Assembly (NCBI RefSeq): GCF_965263005.1
Contig: NZ_OZ253579.1
Coordinates: 1,219,668-1,283,667 of the forward strand
Origin: Candidatus Rariloculus sp.
GTDB lineage: Bacteria; Pseudomonadota; Gammaproteobacteria; Steroidobacterales; Rariloculaceae
DNA: 64,000 nt
Direction of reading: 5' to 3'
How positions within the stretch are numbered: position 1 is the stretch's first letter; each line of letters begins with the position of its first letter. A program made the translations under genes and the position numbers. Shown here piece by piece: positions 11,336 to 20,946 of the stretch. The notes under the pieces were generated by a model that was not told the origin of the DNA, ran no database searches, and saw only the letters and a list, made by a program, of their open reading frames with translations.

Positions 11336-11889
11336 TAGAAGACGTCAAGAAGGAAGCCGCGCAGCGAATGCGGCGAAGCGTCGAGTCGCTGGAGGGTGAG
11401 TTCAGACGCCTGCGGACGGGCCGCGCGAACGTCGGGTTGCTCGAGCACGTCAGTGTCGAGTACTACGGATCGCAGGTCCCGATCAACCAGGTTGCGACGC
11501 TCAGCGTCGAGGATGCGCGCACACTCACGGTAACGCCCTGGGAGAGGCCGATGGTGGCGGTCGTCGAACGAGCGATTCTGAACTCGGACCTCGGACTGAC
11601 GCCGATGTCGGCGGGGAACGTGATACGAGTCCCGCTGCCGGCCATGACGGAGGAACGTCGCAAGGAACTCGTCCGCGTTGTGCGCGCAGGAGCCGAGACC
11701 GGCCGCATCGCGATCCGGAACATTCGCCGCGACGCGCTCAGCTCAATCAAGGAAATGCTCAAGGAAAAGATGATCACCGAAGACGACGATCATCGCGCGC
11801 ATGACGAGGTCCAGAAGATCACGGACCGTTTCGTGGCCGACGTCGACGCGCTGCTCAAAGAGAAAGAAACGGAGATCATGGAGTTCTGA
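11332..11889 (+). CDS. frr: Ribosome recycling factor
   Basis: 185 aa with typical RRF sequence (...[13 protein letters not shown]...ITEDD...). ATGA overlap with the pyrH stop. Confidence 0.95.
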   Translation: MIEDVKKEAAQRMRRSVESLEGEFRRLRTGRANVGLLEHVSVEYYGSQVPINQVATLSVEDARTLTVTPWERPMVAVVERAILNSDLGLTPMSAGNVIRVPLPAMTEERRKELVRVVRAGAETGRIAIRNIRRDALSSIKEMLKEKMITEDDDHRAHDEVQKITDRFVADVDALLKEKETEIMEF

Positions 11890-11902
11890 GATTTGCAGGC
11901 CA

Positions 11903-12694
11903 CTGCTAACGCGCATCGTCACGGCGCTTGTACTCGGAGTCACGATAACGGCCGGCGTGTTGTTTCTGCCTACTGCGGTGGTCGCGGCGCTGCTTGGCGC
12001 CTTTTTGCTGGTTGGAAGCTGGGAATGGGCCCGATTCGCGAATTGGCAAGTGCGGGCCCGTTGTGCCTACGCTGCCGTTTTCGCCGCGCTCATGTTCATC
12101 GCTTTTTTCTGGGCGCCCCGGATCGTCGACGCCATGCTCGCGCTTGCCTTCGCCGGCTGGCTCGTCGCGGCCTACGGGTTGGCGACCTGGCCACGCCCGA
12201 TAGCCGCCCTGGCGATCCCGGCCCTGGGTTTCGCAGCGCTGTTTCCGGGTTGGCTGCTGCTGATCTACATCCACGGCGCCGGGCCGCTGGGGCCGGCGCT
12301 TGCATTCGCGGGTCTCGCGCTGGTTGCGGCGGCCGATATCGGTGCATTTGCCGTCGGCCGCATGATCGGGCGCACGAAGCTCGCTCCCCGGATCAGTCCG
12401 GGCAAGACGTGGGAGGGCGTTGCCGGCGGGATCGGTCTGGCCGTCGCCGTAGCGTGGTTTGGGAGCTACGTGTTGGACCTGCAGCCGCTGGCGTTCGTCA
12501 CGATCGCGATCGTGACGGTTGTCGCCTCGGTGATCGGGGACCTTACGGTCAGTATGCTCAAGCGCAATGTCGGCGCCAAGGACAGCGGCAGCCTGCTGCC
12601 GGGGCACGGCGGCGTGATGGACCGGATCGACGGACTGGCGGCCGCCGTGCCGTTCTTTGCGCTCGGCCTCAAGCTCGGCGGACTCATCGAGTAG
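11903..12694 (+). CDS. cdsA: Phosphatidate cytidylyltransferase (start codon uncertain)
   Basis: Multi-pass membrane protein with the CdsA C-terminal signature SMLKRNVGAKDSGSLLPGHGGVMDRIDG. There is no ATG, GTG or TTG between the frr stop and the first TM helix. Candidate starts are CTG 11903, ATT 11891, or ATG 11801 (89 nt overlap with frr). Confidence 0.85.
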   Translation: MLTRIVTALVLGVTITAGVLFLPTAVVAALLGAFLLVGSWEWARFANWQVRARCAYAAVFAALMFIAFFWAPRIVDAMLALAFAGWLVAAYGLATWPRPIAALAIPALGFAALFPGWLLLIYIHGAGPLGPALAFAGLALVAAADIGAFAVGRMIGRTKLAPRISPGKTWEGVAGGIGLAVAVAWFGSYVLDLQPLAFVTIAIVTVVASVIGDLTVSMLKRNVGAKDSGSLLPGHGGVMDRIDGLAAAVPFFALGLKLGGLIE

Positions 12695-12868
12695 CGGGGG
12701 TCCCGGAAGATTACCATTTGGTCATGTTCGCGATATTTCGGCCTCAGACCGGAACCGGGCGCGGCGGCCGGTGTCGACTCAATCATGCGGCCCGGCCGAG
12801 CACGGTGGCCAATGTAGGGGTAGAATAATAGTCTGCGCAGGTAACCGAGGTTGGCGCCTTATTTCGTA

Positions 12869-14374
12869 ATGGTCGACGTCGCACTATCCATACTCGCCTT
12901 CATCGTCGCCATCGGGGTTCTCGTGGCCGTGCACGAGTACGGCCATTTCTGGGTCGCCAGGAAGCTCGGCTTCAAGGTGCTTCGCTTCTCCGTCGGCTTC
13001 GGCCGGCCGCTCGCGCGCTGGCGGGGCGGCGCGCCCGATCACGTGGAATACTGGCTGGCGTCGGTGCCGTTGGGCGGCTACGTCAAATTGCTCGACGAGC
13101 GAGAGGGCCCCGTTGATGAAACCGAGCGCCACCGCGCCTTCAATCGCCGCCCGATACCGCACCGGATAGCAGTGTTACTGGCCGGTCCAGGCTTCAACTT
13201 TCTCTTTGCGATTGTCGCCTACTGGATCATGTTCGTGTCCGGAGTTCCCGCGATCAAGCCGATCGTCGGTACGGTGACGGAAGGGACGATCGCCGCCGAA
13301 GCCGGTTTGCGCGCCGACGACGAGATCAGAACCGTCGGCGGAACGCCGACGGCGACGTGGGAGCAAGCGGTCATCGCGATCCTCGATGAGCTATTGGCCG
13401 ACGGCCGGATCGATCTCGAGGTCAGTGACGCGGACGGAAACGAGCGCTACGTGGAGTTGGACATACGCGGCCGCGAATCCGAGCTGACCGAGCCCGAGGC
13501 ACTGTTCAGCGGACTCGGTTTTCGGCCTGGACCGCCGATGCCGCCCGATATCGCGCGTGTCGATCCGGATTCGCCGGCGGAGCGCGCGGGGCTCAGGCCG
13601 GGCGACCGGGTGATCGCCGTCGACGGGCAGCCGATCGAAAGCTGGCAGCGATGGCTTGAAGTGATCAGGGCCCGCCCCGGTGAGACGGTCGCGCTGACCG
13701 TCCAGAGGGAAGACCCCGAAGTCGAACTGACGATGCGCATCGGCGAAGACGAGGAGGATGGCAATCGTGTCGGCCGAATCGGCGCCCAGCGTCCTACGGA
13801 ACTGCCCGCCGACGTCATCGAGCGCGTCCGGGCCGGGGAGAGATACGGCGTCGTCGAACTGACGATGCGCATCGGCGAGGTCGAGGAGGATGGCAATCGC
13901 GTCGGCCGAATCGGCGCCTGGCGTCCGACCCAGCTGCCCGCCGACGTCATCGAGCGCATCCGGACCGAGGAGAAATACGGCGTCGTCGAAGGGCTGTTTC
14001 AGGGCGCCGCGAAGACCTGGGAGATGACGGCGTTGACCGTGCGCATGTTGGCGCGGATGGTCGTCGGCGACGTGTCGCTGCGCAACGTATCGGGGCCCAT
14101 CAGCATAGCGGCCTACGCCGGTGACAGCGCCGAGGCTGGCTGGAGCGCGTTTCTCGGTTTCCTGAGCATAGTAAGTATCAGCCTCGGTATCATGAACCTC
14201 TTGCCGATTCCGGTGCTCGACGGCGGGCAGATCGTCTATCAGTTCGCAGAATTGCTCAAAGGCTCGCCGCTGTCGGAGCGCGCCATGCTCGTCGGCCAGC
14301 AGCTCGGCGTCGTGTTCCTTATCGTGTTGATGAGTTTTGTTTTCTACAACGATATCACCCGGATGTTCAGCTAA
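12869..14374 (+). CDS. rseP: RIP zinc metalloprotease RseP (site-2 protease), carrying an internal 44 aa tandem duplication
   Basis: HEYGHFWVARK (HExxH), PDZ regions, and the C-terminal NLLPIPVLDGG motif. Start ATG 12869 gives MVDVALSILAFIV, similar to E. coli RseP. Confidence 0.9.
   Translation: MVDVALSILAFIVAIGVLVAVHEYGHFWVARKLGFKVLRFSVGFGRPLARWRGGAPDHVEYWLASVPLGGYVKLLDEREGPVDETERHRAFNRRPIPHRIAVLLAGPGFNFLFAIVAYWIMFVSGVPAIKPIVGTVTEGTIAAEAGLRADDEIRTVGGTPTATWEQAVIAILDELLADGRIDLEVSDADGNERYVELDIRGRESELTEPEALFSGLGFRPGPPMPPDIARVDPDSPAERAGLRPGDRVIAVDGQPIESWQRWLEVIRARPGETVALTVQREDPEVELTMRIGEDEEDGNRVGRIGAQRPTELPADVIERVRAGERYGVVELTMRIGEVEEDGNRVGRIGAWRPTQLPADVIERIRTEEKYGVVEGLFQGAAKTWEMTALTVRMLARMVVGDVSLRNVSGPISIAAYAGDSAEAGWSAFLGFLSIVSISLGIMNLLPIPVLDGGQIVYQFAELLKGSPLSERAMLVGQQLGVVFLIVLMSFVFYNDITRMFS
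13721..13984 (+). repeat. In-frame tandem duplication, 2 x 132 bp, inside rseP
   Basis: Copy 1 is 13721-13852 and copy 2 is 13853-13984. Peptides: VELTMRIGEDEEDGNRVGRIGAQRPTELPADVIERVRAGERYGV and VELTMRIGEVEEDGNRVGRIGAWRPTQLPADVIERIRTEEKYGV. Roughly 88-90 percent nucleotide identity by eye. Confidence 0.95.
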
Positions 14375-16764
14375 TGACGCGCATACACAAATTGAAACAG
14401 ATCGCCTGTCTCGCATGTCTGTTCGTGGCTGCACCGGCTGCCGCGCAACTGCCTTTCGTTGTCCAGGCTTTCCAGGTCGAAGGCGCGCAGCGGATCTCGG
14501 AGGGCACGATCTACAACTACCTGCCAATCAACATCGGCGACACGGTCGACGAGCAACTCGTTCGCGAGTCGATCCGAGCGGTCTACTCGACCGGCTTCTT
14601 CCAGGACATCGAGTTTCGCAGGGACGGCGACACGCTGACAATCGCCGTGCTGGAACGGCCGACGATCGAGGACTTCACGTTCTCCGGCAACGAGGATATC
14701 GAGGACGAGGATCTCGAAGGCTCGCTTCGCGACGTCGGGCTCGCCCAAGGCCGGATTTTCGACCGGTCCGTGCTCGACGATGTGACCCAGTTTCTCACGG
14801 ACGAATACTATGGCCGCGGCAAATATGCAGCGCGCGTCGATGCGAACGTCGAGGACCTGACGGACAATCGCGTTCGCGTGGCGATAGAGATCGAAGAGGG
14901 CGAACGGGCGCAGATACGGCAGATCAACATCGTCGGCAACACCCGGTTCGACGACGAGGAGATTCTCGATGGTTTCGAGCTCACCACGGGCAATTTCCTG
15001 TCGTTCATCCGCGACGACAACCGTTATTCCAAGGAAGCCCTCGAGGGCGACATCGAGACCTTGCGGTCGTTCTATATGGACCGCGGCTACGGCGATTTCG
15101 GGTTGGACGGCTTCCCCGTGGTCACGATATCTCCGGACAAGCAAGACATCTTTATTACCATCAGCGTCGACGAAGGCAATCTCTATGTGATCTCCGACGT
15201 TCGCCTCGCCGGCGACATGGTCGTCCCCGAAGCGGAACTCAACGCGCTGATCCTGTCGCAGCCCGGGCAGATTTTCTCGCAGCAGTTGTTGACATTCAGC
15301 GAGGAGGCGATGCGTATCCGCCTTGGCCAGGACGGCTACTCCTTCGCTCAGATTCAGGCCGTTCCCGAGTTCGACGAGGAAACTCAGGAAGTGGCCGTAA
15401 CGTTTTTCGTCGACCCGCAGAGCCGTGTCTACGTGCGCCGGATCAACTTCAACGGCGCCGACAATGTCAACGACGAAGTGTTCCGTCGCGAGATGCGCCA
15501 GTTCGAGGGCGGTTACCTGTCAAACAATCTCATCGAGCGCTCAAAAGTGCTTCTGCAGCGCTTGCCGTACGTCGAGACCGTCGAATACGAGACTGTTCCC
15601 GTGCCGGGCAGTCCGGACCTCGTCGACATCGAGTTCGCAATCGAAGAGGGCTTGCCGGGACAGTTTGGCGGCAGTGTGGGCTATTCGGGAACGCAGGGCG
15701 TCATCCTCGGCGGCAATTTTGTTCATTCCAATTTCATGGGTACGGGGAACAGGGTCGCGCTGAACCTCACGGGCGGCGAATACTACAAGGTCTACGACGT
15801 CAGCTTCACGGACCCTTATCGCAACATGGACGGTCTGGCGAGGTCGATCCAGTTCTCGTACCAGGACATCAAGCAGTTCACTTCCGTCGCTTCGCAGTTT
15901 TCCACGACGACGCTGACGGCAGGTCTCAACTGGGCCTACCCGATAACGGAGTATCAGCAACTCAGGTTCGGTTTCGCCGTCCAGAGCGCAGAGCTGCTCA
16001 CGAGCTTCTACAGTTCCCGACAGGCACGCGAGTGGGTGCTGAGCAACGGCTCACAGATCGACCTCGGCGAGAACTCAGCCATCGCCGCCACGGAGATCCA
16101 GTCCCTCGAACTCGTCGGCGGTTGGTCGTTCGATACGCGTAATCGTGTGCTGTTTCCGGACAGCGGAATGCGCTTGAGCCTGAACCTTCAAGCTGCACTG
16201 CCGGGCAGCGAGGTCGAGTACTACGTCGCGCGAGCCGATTTCACGAAGTACTTCCGTCTGCCGGGCGCCTGGCGGGTCAAGATCAATTCGGAACTCGCTC
16301 TCGGCGAAGGCTACGGCGAAACTACGTCACCGCCGCCGTTCCGCAACTTCTTCGGCGGCGGACCGGGCACGGTTCGCGGCTTCAAGGAAAGCTGGATGGG
16401 CCCGATCGATTCCCTGGGCAACCCTTATGGCGGCAACATGCTGGTCGCCAATCAGTTCGAGCTCATCCTGCCAACGCCCGGCAAGCTCGGCAATTCGACG
16501 CGAATCTCCCTGTTTTATGACATCGGCAACGTGTTCTCGACAGGCGGCGTGAAGTTCTACGATAGAACCGGAATGAACGAAATCGATTACGATTTCGATT
16601 ATGATAAATTGCGACAATCCGTGGGGCTTGCCGTGGAGTGGCTTGCGCCGCTCGGCCTGCTGCGTTTCAGCTACGCGTCACCGCTGAACGAGCAGGATGA
16701 GACGGGCCTCCTGTTCGGCGACCAGATCGAGCGGTTCCAGTTCTCCATCGGTAACGCATTTTAA
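14374..16764 (+). CDS. bamA: Outer membrane protein assembly factor BamA
   Basis: 796 aa with a signal peptide, POTRA repeats and a C-terminal beta-barrel ending ...RFQFSIGNAF. TAATG overlap with rseP. Confidence 0.95.
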   Translation: MTRIHKLKQIACLACLFVAAPAAAQLPFVVQAFQVEGAQRISEGTIYNYLPINIGDTVDEQLVRESIRAVYSTGFFQDIEFRRDGDTLTIAVLERPTIEDFTFSGNEDIEDEDLEGSLRDVGLAQGRIFDRSVLDDVTQFLTDEYYGRGKYAARVDANVEDLTDNRVRVAIEIEEGERAQIRQINIVGNTRFDDEEILDGFELTTGNFLSFIRDDNRYSKEALEGDIETLRSFYMDRGYGDFGLDGFPVVTISPDKQDIFITISVDEGNLYVISDVRLAGDMVVPEAELNALILSQPGQIFSQQLLTFSEEAMRIRLGQDGYSFAQIQAVPEFDEETQEVAVTFFVDPQSRVYVRRINFNGADNVNDEVFRREMRQFEGGYLSNNLIERSKVLLQRLPYVETVEYETVPVPGSPDLVDIEFAIEEGLPGQFGGSVGYSGTQGVILGGNFVHSNFMGTGNRVALNLTGGEYYKVYDVSFTDPYRNMDGLARSIQFSYQDIKQFTSVASQFSTTTLTAGLNWAYPITEYQQLRFGFAVQSAELLTSFYSSRQAREWVLSNGSQIDLGENSAIAATEIQSLELVGGWSFDTRNRVLFPDSGMRLSLNLQAALPGSEVEYYVARADFTKYFRLPGAWRVKINSELALGEGYGETTSPPPFRNFFGGGPGTVRGFKESWMGPIDSLGNPYGGNMLVANQFELILPTPGKLGNSTRISLFYDIGNVFSTGGVKFYDRTGMNEIDYDFDYDKLRQSVGLAVEWLAPLGLLRFSYASPLNEQDETGLLFGDQIERFQFSIGNAF

Positions 16765-16783
16765 GATTTGAGGGAATGAGTTC

Positions 16784-17329
16784 ATGATGAGGATACAGGG
16801 GAAGTGGCGCGTGTTGAGCCGGGTCGCGCTGCTTGCTGTGGCGTTCGCGGCCGTCAATGCCGTTGCGCAGGAGTCGCTAAAGGTAGGCGTCGTCAACGTA
16901 GGGATCCTTCTCGAGCAGGCGCCGCAGACGCAGGAAGCGATGACGGCTCTCGAAGCCGAGTTCGCACCTCGCCAACGCGATCTCGTCGCGATGCAAACCT
17001 CGCTCCAGGAGAAGAACGAGACGTATCAGCGCGACGCGTCGGTCATGGGCGAGGAGGAGCGCGTCAGCCTGGAGCGCCAGATACGCGACGAGCAACGGGA
17101 CCTGCAGCGGGAAAACACCGAGCTGAACGAGGACTTCAATCTGCGCCGCAACGAAGAACTGGGCAACCTCCAGCGCTTGTTGCTTCAGGAAGTGCAAGCT
17201 TACGCCAGAGATGCCGATTACGACCTCGTCGTAGCGGACGTTCTTTACTACAGCACCGGGGTAGACATCACCGCGGACGTCCTGGCAACGATACAGGCCA
17301 ATTTTCTACAGCCCAGCAGTGGGGAATGA
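16784..17329 (+). CDS. skp: Periplasmic chaperone Skp (OmpH family)
   Basis: 181 aa with a signal peptide and a coiled-coil sequence rich in Gln, Glu and Arg. Conserved position between bamA and lpxD. Confidence 0.85.
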   Translation: MMRIQGKWRVLSRVALLAVAFAAVNAVAQESLKVGVVNVGILLEQAPQTQEAMTALEAEFAPRQRDLVAMQTSLQEKNETYQRDASVMGEEERVSLERQIRDEQRDLQRENTELNEDFNLRRNEELGNLQRLLLQEVQAYARDADYDLVVADVLYYSTGVDITADVLATIQANFLQPSSGE

Positions 17330-18413
17330 TGTCCCCGGCCCGCGCGAGCTATCGCGGTCGGTGACGCTCGGTGAGCTCGCCGCCCGCTTCGGTTGCGAGC
17401 TCGACGGCGCCACCGATACCGTGGTCAAGCGCGTGGCGACCTTGTCAGGCGCGGACGCGGACGCCGTCAGTTTCCTTGCCAACCCCCATTTCCGCAGCCA
17501 ACTCGCCGACACTCGAGCGGCCGCGGTAATCCTCGAGGAACAGCACCGGGCGGACTGTCCCGTCGCGAGCCTCGTCAGCACGAATCCCTACGCGGCATAC
17601 GCGCGTATCGCCGCGTTCCTGCATCCGCCTTGCGATATCGAGCCCGCGGTGCACGCTACTGCGACCATCGCAGCCGATGCGATCGTTGCCGAGTCGGCGC
17701 GGGTCGGACCGAACGTCGTGATCGGCCCGGCGAGTGTCGTCGGCGACCGGGCGATGATAGGAGCCGGCAGCGTGATCGGAGCGAACGTGAGCATAGCAGC
17801 GGACTCTCGCCTGCTGGCTCGTGTGACCGTGCTCGATGGCGTGACCGTCGGTGCGCGCTGCCTGATCCATCCCGGCGTGGTGATCGGCTCGGACGGTTTC
17901 GGCTTTGCCGAGGACGAGGACGCGTGGGTGAAAGTGCCGCAGCTCGGCGGCGTGACGATCGGCGACGACGTCGAGATCGGCGCCAACACGACGATCGATC
18001 GGGGCACGATAGAGAACACGGTCATCGAGGATGGCGTCAAGCTCGATAATCTCGTCCAGATCGCTCACAACGTGCGCGTTGGTGCGCATACCGTCATGGC
18101 GGCGATGTCAGGCGCCGCGGGCAGCACTAAAATCGGCCGGCGCTGCAAGGTCGGGGGCGGTGTCGTCATGATCAATCATCTGGAAATCTGCGATGACGTC
18201 ATGTTCACTTTCAGGAGCGTCGTAACGAAGTCCGTGCGCACGCCGGGCGTCTATGGCGGCAGCCTGCCGGCCGACGAGGCGCAGCGATGGCGGCGCAACG
18301 CCGCCCGTTTCCGGCAGCTTGACGCGCTGGCCGAGCGCGTCAGAGCCATCGAGAAGATCGGACGGCACACCGAATCCATCAAGAAGACCACGCAAGATCA
18401 GAACAATGACTGA
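17319..18413 (+). CDS. lpxD: UDP-3-O-(3-hydroxyacyl)glucosamine N-acyltransferase
   Basis: N-terminal [15 protein letters not shown] followed by long hexapeptide repeats. The start may be GTG 17361 rather than 17319. Confidence 0.9.
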   Translation: MGNDVPGPRELSRSVTLGELAARFGCELDGATDTVVKRVATLSGADADAVSFLANPHFRSQLADTRAAAVILEEQHRADCPVASLVSTNPYAAYARIAAFLHPPCDIEPAVHATATIAADAIVAESARVGPNVVIGPASVVGDRAMIGAGSVIGANVSIAADSRLLARVTVLDGVTVGARCLIHPGVVIGSDGFGFAEDEDAWVKVPQLGGVTIGDDVEIGANTTIDRGTIENTVIEDGVKLDNLVQIAHNVRVGAHTVMAAMSGAAGSTKIGRRCKVGGGVVMINHLEICDDVMFTFRSVVTKSVRTPGVYGGSLPADEAQRWRRNAARFRQLDALAERVRAIEKIGRHTESIKKTTQDQNND

Positions 18414-18861
18414 GTCGCATTCACTCGATATAGAAGGCGTCCTGAAGCGCCTGCCGCATCGCTTTCCGTTCCTCATGATCGATCGGGTCACCGAGGTCGT
18501 TCCAGGCAAGTCGATCGTGGCGATCAAGAACGTCAGCGTGAACGAAGCGCACTTCGTCGGGCATTTCCCCGGCTTTCCCGTGATGCCGGGCGTGCTCGTC
18601 ATAGAGGCCCTGGCGCAAGCCGGCGGAGTGCTTGCCTGGGAGAGCGCCACGGCGGCTGACCAGAGCGTACGGATCCTCTACCTCGTTGGGATTCGCAACG
18701 CGCGCTTCAAGCACACGGTGCGGCCCGGCGACCAGCTCGTGCTCAACGCCAGGCTGACGGCACGCAAACAGGCGTTGTGGCGGTTCGACTGCCGCGCCGA
18801 AATCGACAACAAGCTCGTTGCCGAAGCCGAGATCCTGATGGCCACCAGGAAAGAGCCTTGA
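18406..18861 (+). CDS. fabZ: 3-hydroxyacyl-ACP dehydratase FabZ
   Basis: [13 protein letters not shown] and [12 protein letters not shown] motifs. ATG 18406 overlaps the lpxD stop. Confidence 0.95.
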   Translation: MTESHSLDIEGVLKRLPHRFPFLMIDRVTEVVPGKSIVAIKNVSVNEAHFVGHFPGFPVMPGVLVIEALAQAGGVLAWESATAADQSVRILYLVGIRNARFKHTVRPGDQLVLNARLTARKQALWRFDCRAEIDNKLVAEAEILMATRKEP

Positions 18862-19628
18862 TCGACGAACGGGCCGTCGTCGATCCATCGGCAAACGTGC
18901 ATGACGACGCTTACGTCGGCCCATATGCCGTGATCGGAGCGGACGTCGAGATCCGCGCGGGCTGCCGAATCGGTGCGCACGCGGTCATCAAGGGCCCGAC
19001 CAGGATCGGCGCCGACAATCGCATTTTCCCGTTCGCGTCACTGGGCGAGGATCCGCAAGACAAGAAGTACGGCGGGGAGCGCACGGAGCTCGTCATCGGC
19101 GAGCGAAACACGATCCGCGAATACTGCACGATCAATCGAGGCACCGTGCAGGACCAGGGCTGGACCCGGGTCGGCAACGACAATTGGATCATGGCTTACG
19201 CCCACATTGCCCATGACTGTGTCGTCGGCGATCATACGATTTTCGCGAACAACGCTTCGATAGCCGGGCATGTGCACGTCGGCGATTACGTTGTGCTTGG
19301 CGGGTTTACGGCCGTGCACCAATACTGCAGGCTCGGCGCGAGCGCTTTGTGCAGCATGTTCAGTTACGTGACCAAGGACATTCCGGCTTACGTCATTGTT
19401 TCCGGGCGACCGATCAAGCCGCGCGGCATCAATGCCGAAGGCTTGAAGCGGCGCGGCTTTTCGGCCGCCGCGATTCGCAATATTCGTGATGCCTATCGCG
19501 TCGTCTACCGGCAGGGATCGAGCCTCGATGATGCGATTGCCGAGCTTGGAGCGCGCGTCGAAGCTCAACCGGAGCTCGAACCGTTGGTGAGCTCACTGTC
19601 GCATGGCTCGCGCGGCCTCGTCCGCTAG
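18858..19628 (+). CDS. lpxA: Acyl-ACP--UDP-N-acetylglucosamine O-acyltransferase
   Basis: Hexapeptide repeats, and the N-terminus (M)[13 protein letters not shown] is typical of LpxA. TTG 18858 overlaps the fabZ stop. The track start at 18777 lies inside fabZ. Confidence 0.9.
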   Translation: MIDERAVVDPSANVHDDAYVGPYAVIGADVEIRAGCRIGAHAVIKGPTRIGADNRIFPFASLGEDPQDKKYGGERTELVIGERNTIREYCTINRGTVQDQGWTRVGNDNWIMAYAHIAHDCVVGDHTIFANNASIAGHVHVGDYVVLGGFTAVHQYCRLGASALCSMFSYVTKDIPAYVIVSGRPIKPRGINAEGLKRRGFSAAAIRNIRDAYRVVYRQGSSLDDAIAELGARVEAQPELEPLVSSLSHGSRGLVR

Positions 19629-19786
19629 CAGTCCGTGGTAAGAGTCCCGCGTCGCACCGAGACCGGCGAAGCGCCTGGCTGACAAGGCGCGAGGAGGGAG
19701 AATATTGGGCATATTCGACCGACGAGCAACGCCGTCAGCCGGGATGCATCGCCGGTCGAATGCAGCGGGACTCTTGCCACGGACTG
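19629..19786. repeat. 158 bp palindromic MITE-like element, copy A
   Basis: 22 bp terminal inverted repeats: CAGTCCGTGGTAAGAGTCCCGC ... GCGGGACTCTTGCCACGGACTG. About 90 percent identical to the reverse complement of 31279-31436. Starts immediately after the lpxA stop codon. Confidence 0.75.
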
Positions 19787-19794
19787 CCGGTCCG

Positions 19795-20946
19795 TTGCGC
19801 GTCGCGCTCGTTGCGGGCGAGGCTTCCGGCGACGTGCTCGGCGCAGGCCTGATCGACGCAATCCGGGCAAGCGCAGCCGACGTTTCGTTTTTCGGCATCG
19901 CAGGCCAAAGGATGATCGATGCCGGCTGTGAGCCCTGGCACCGGATCGAGGAGCTGTCGGTCATGGGGCTTGCCGAAGTGTTACCCCATCTGCCGCGCCT
20001 GCTCAGCCTTCGCCGCAGGCTCATCGCGCGCATAAAGAAGCTTCGACCGGATGTATTCGTCGGCATCGATTCCTCCGACTTCAATCTCCCGGTGGCGGCC
20101 GCGCTCAAGGCGGCCGGCATACCGGCCGTGCAGTACGGGAGCCCGCAAGTCTGGGCGTGGCGCCAATCCAGGGTGTCGAAGGTACGAAGCGCCACCGATC
20201 TTGTATTGTGCCTGTTGCCGTTCGAGACCGAGTTCTACGCCGAGCACGACGTCAACGCCAGATTCGTCGGACATCCATTGGCTGACGCGATCCCGCTGAC
20301 GGTCGACGCGGATCGGGCCAGGGCAAGGCTCGGTCTGTCTGGCGACGACCCCGTCGTCGCGATTCTGCCCGGCAGCCGGCGAGCGGAGATCACGCGCTTG
20401 AGCCGGCCCTTTCTCGCGACGGCGCGATGGCTGCGCCGCGAGCGGCCCGGCGTGCGATTCGTCGTTGCGCTGGCGAACGAGGAGGCGAGCGCAATCTGCC
20501 GCGCCGAGGCGGATCGGTTGGAACTCGAGCCACCGCCGCTGTTCGTGACAGGACGGGCGCGCGAGGTGCTCGCGGCCGCTGACGCCGTGTTGACGGCATC
20601 GGGCACGGCCGCGCTCGAAGCTTTGCTGCTGAAACGCCGCATGGTCGTGGCGCACCGGCTTTCGGGGCCGACCTATTGGCTCGCCCGCCGCATGGGGATT
20701 CAACGCCTGCCCCATTTCTCGCTGCCGAATCTGCTCGCGGGGCGGGAACTCGTGCCGGAATTCGTTCAAGCGGAGGTCCGGCCCGATATACTTGGACCGG
20801 CGCTGCTGGGCTGCCTGCAAGCCGATGCGCTTGACCCCGATTTCAGAGCCGAACTCGCGGTCATCCACGAGCAGCTCAGGCAGAACGCCAGCGCATCTGC
20901 CGCGGATGCGGTGCTGAAATTGGCCGTTCGGGAATCAACGCCCTGA
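19795..20946 (+). CDS. lpxB: Lipid-A-disaccharide synthase
   Basis: From TTG 19795 the protein reads (M)RVALVAGEASGDVLGAGLI, the canonical LpxB N-terminus, giving 383 aa. The track start at 19705 lies inside the repeat element and is unlikely. Confidence 0.88.
   Translation: MRVALVAGEASGDVLGAGLIDAIRASAADVSFFGIAGQRMIDAGCEPWHRIEELSVMGLAEVLPHLPRLLSLRRRLIARIKKLRPDVFVGIDSSDFNLPVAAALKAAGIPAVQYGSPQVWAWRQSRVSKVRSATDLVLCLLPFETEFYAEHDVNARFVGHPLADAIPLTVDADRARARLGLSGDDPVVAILPGSRRAEITRLSRPFLATARWLRRERPGVRFVVALANEEASAICRAEADRLELEPPPLFVTGRAREVLAAADAVLTASGTAALEALLLKRRMVVAHRLSGPTYWLARRMGIQRLPHFSLPNLLAGRELVPEFVQAEVRPDILGPALLGCLQADALDPDFRAELAVIHEQLRQNASASAADAVLKLAVRESTP

Noticed and set aside
19705-19794. Longer lpxB N-terminus (track start 19705, MGIFDRRATPSAGMHRRSN...)
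   Set aside because: The extension lies entirely within the 158 bp repeat element, its start codon is not conserved in the other copy, and the canonical LpxB N-terminus begins at TTG 19795.
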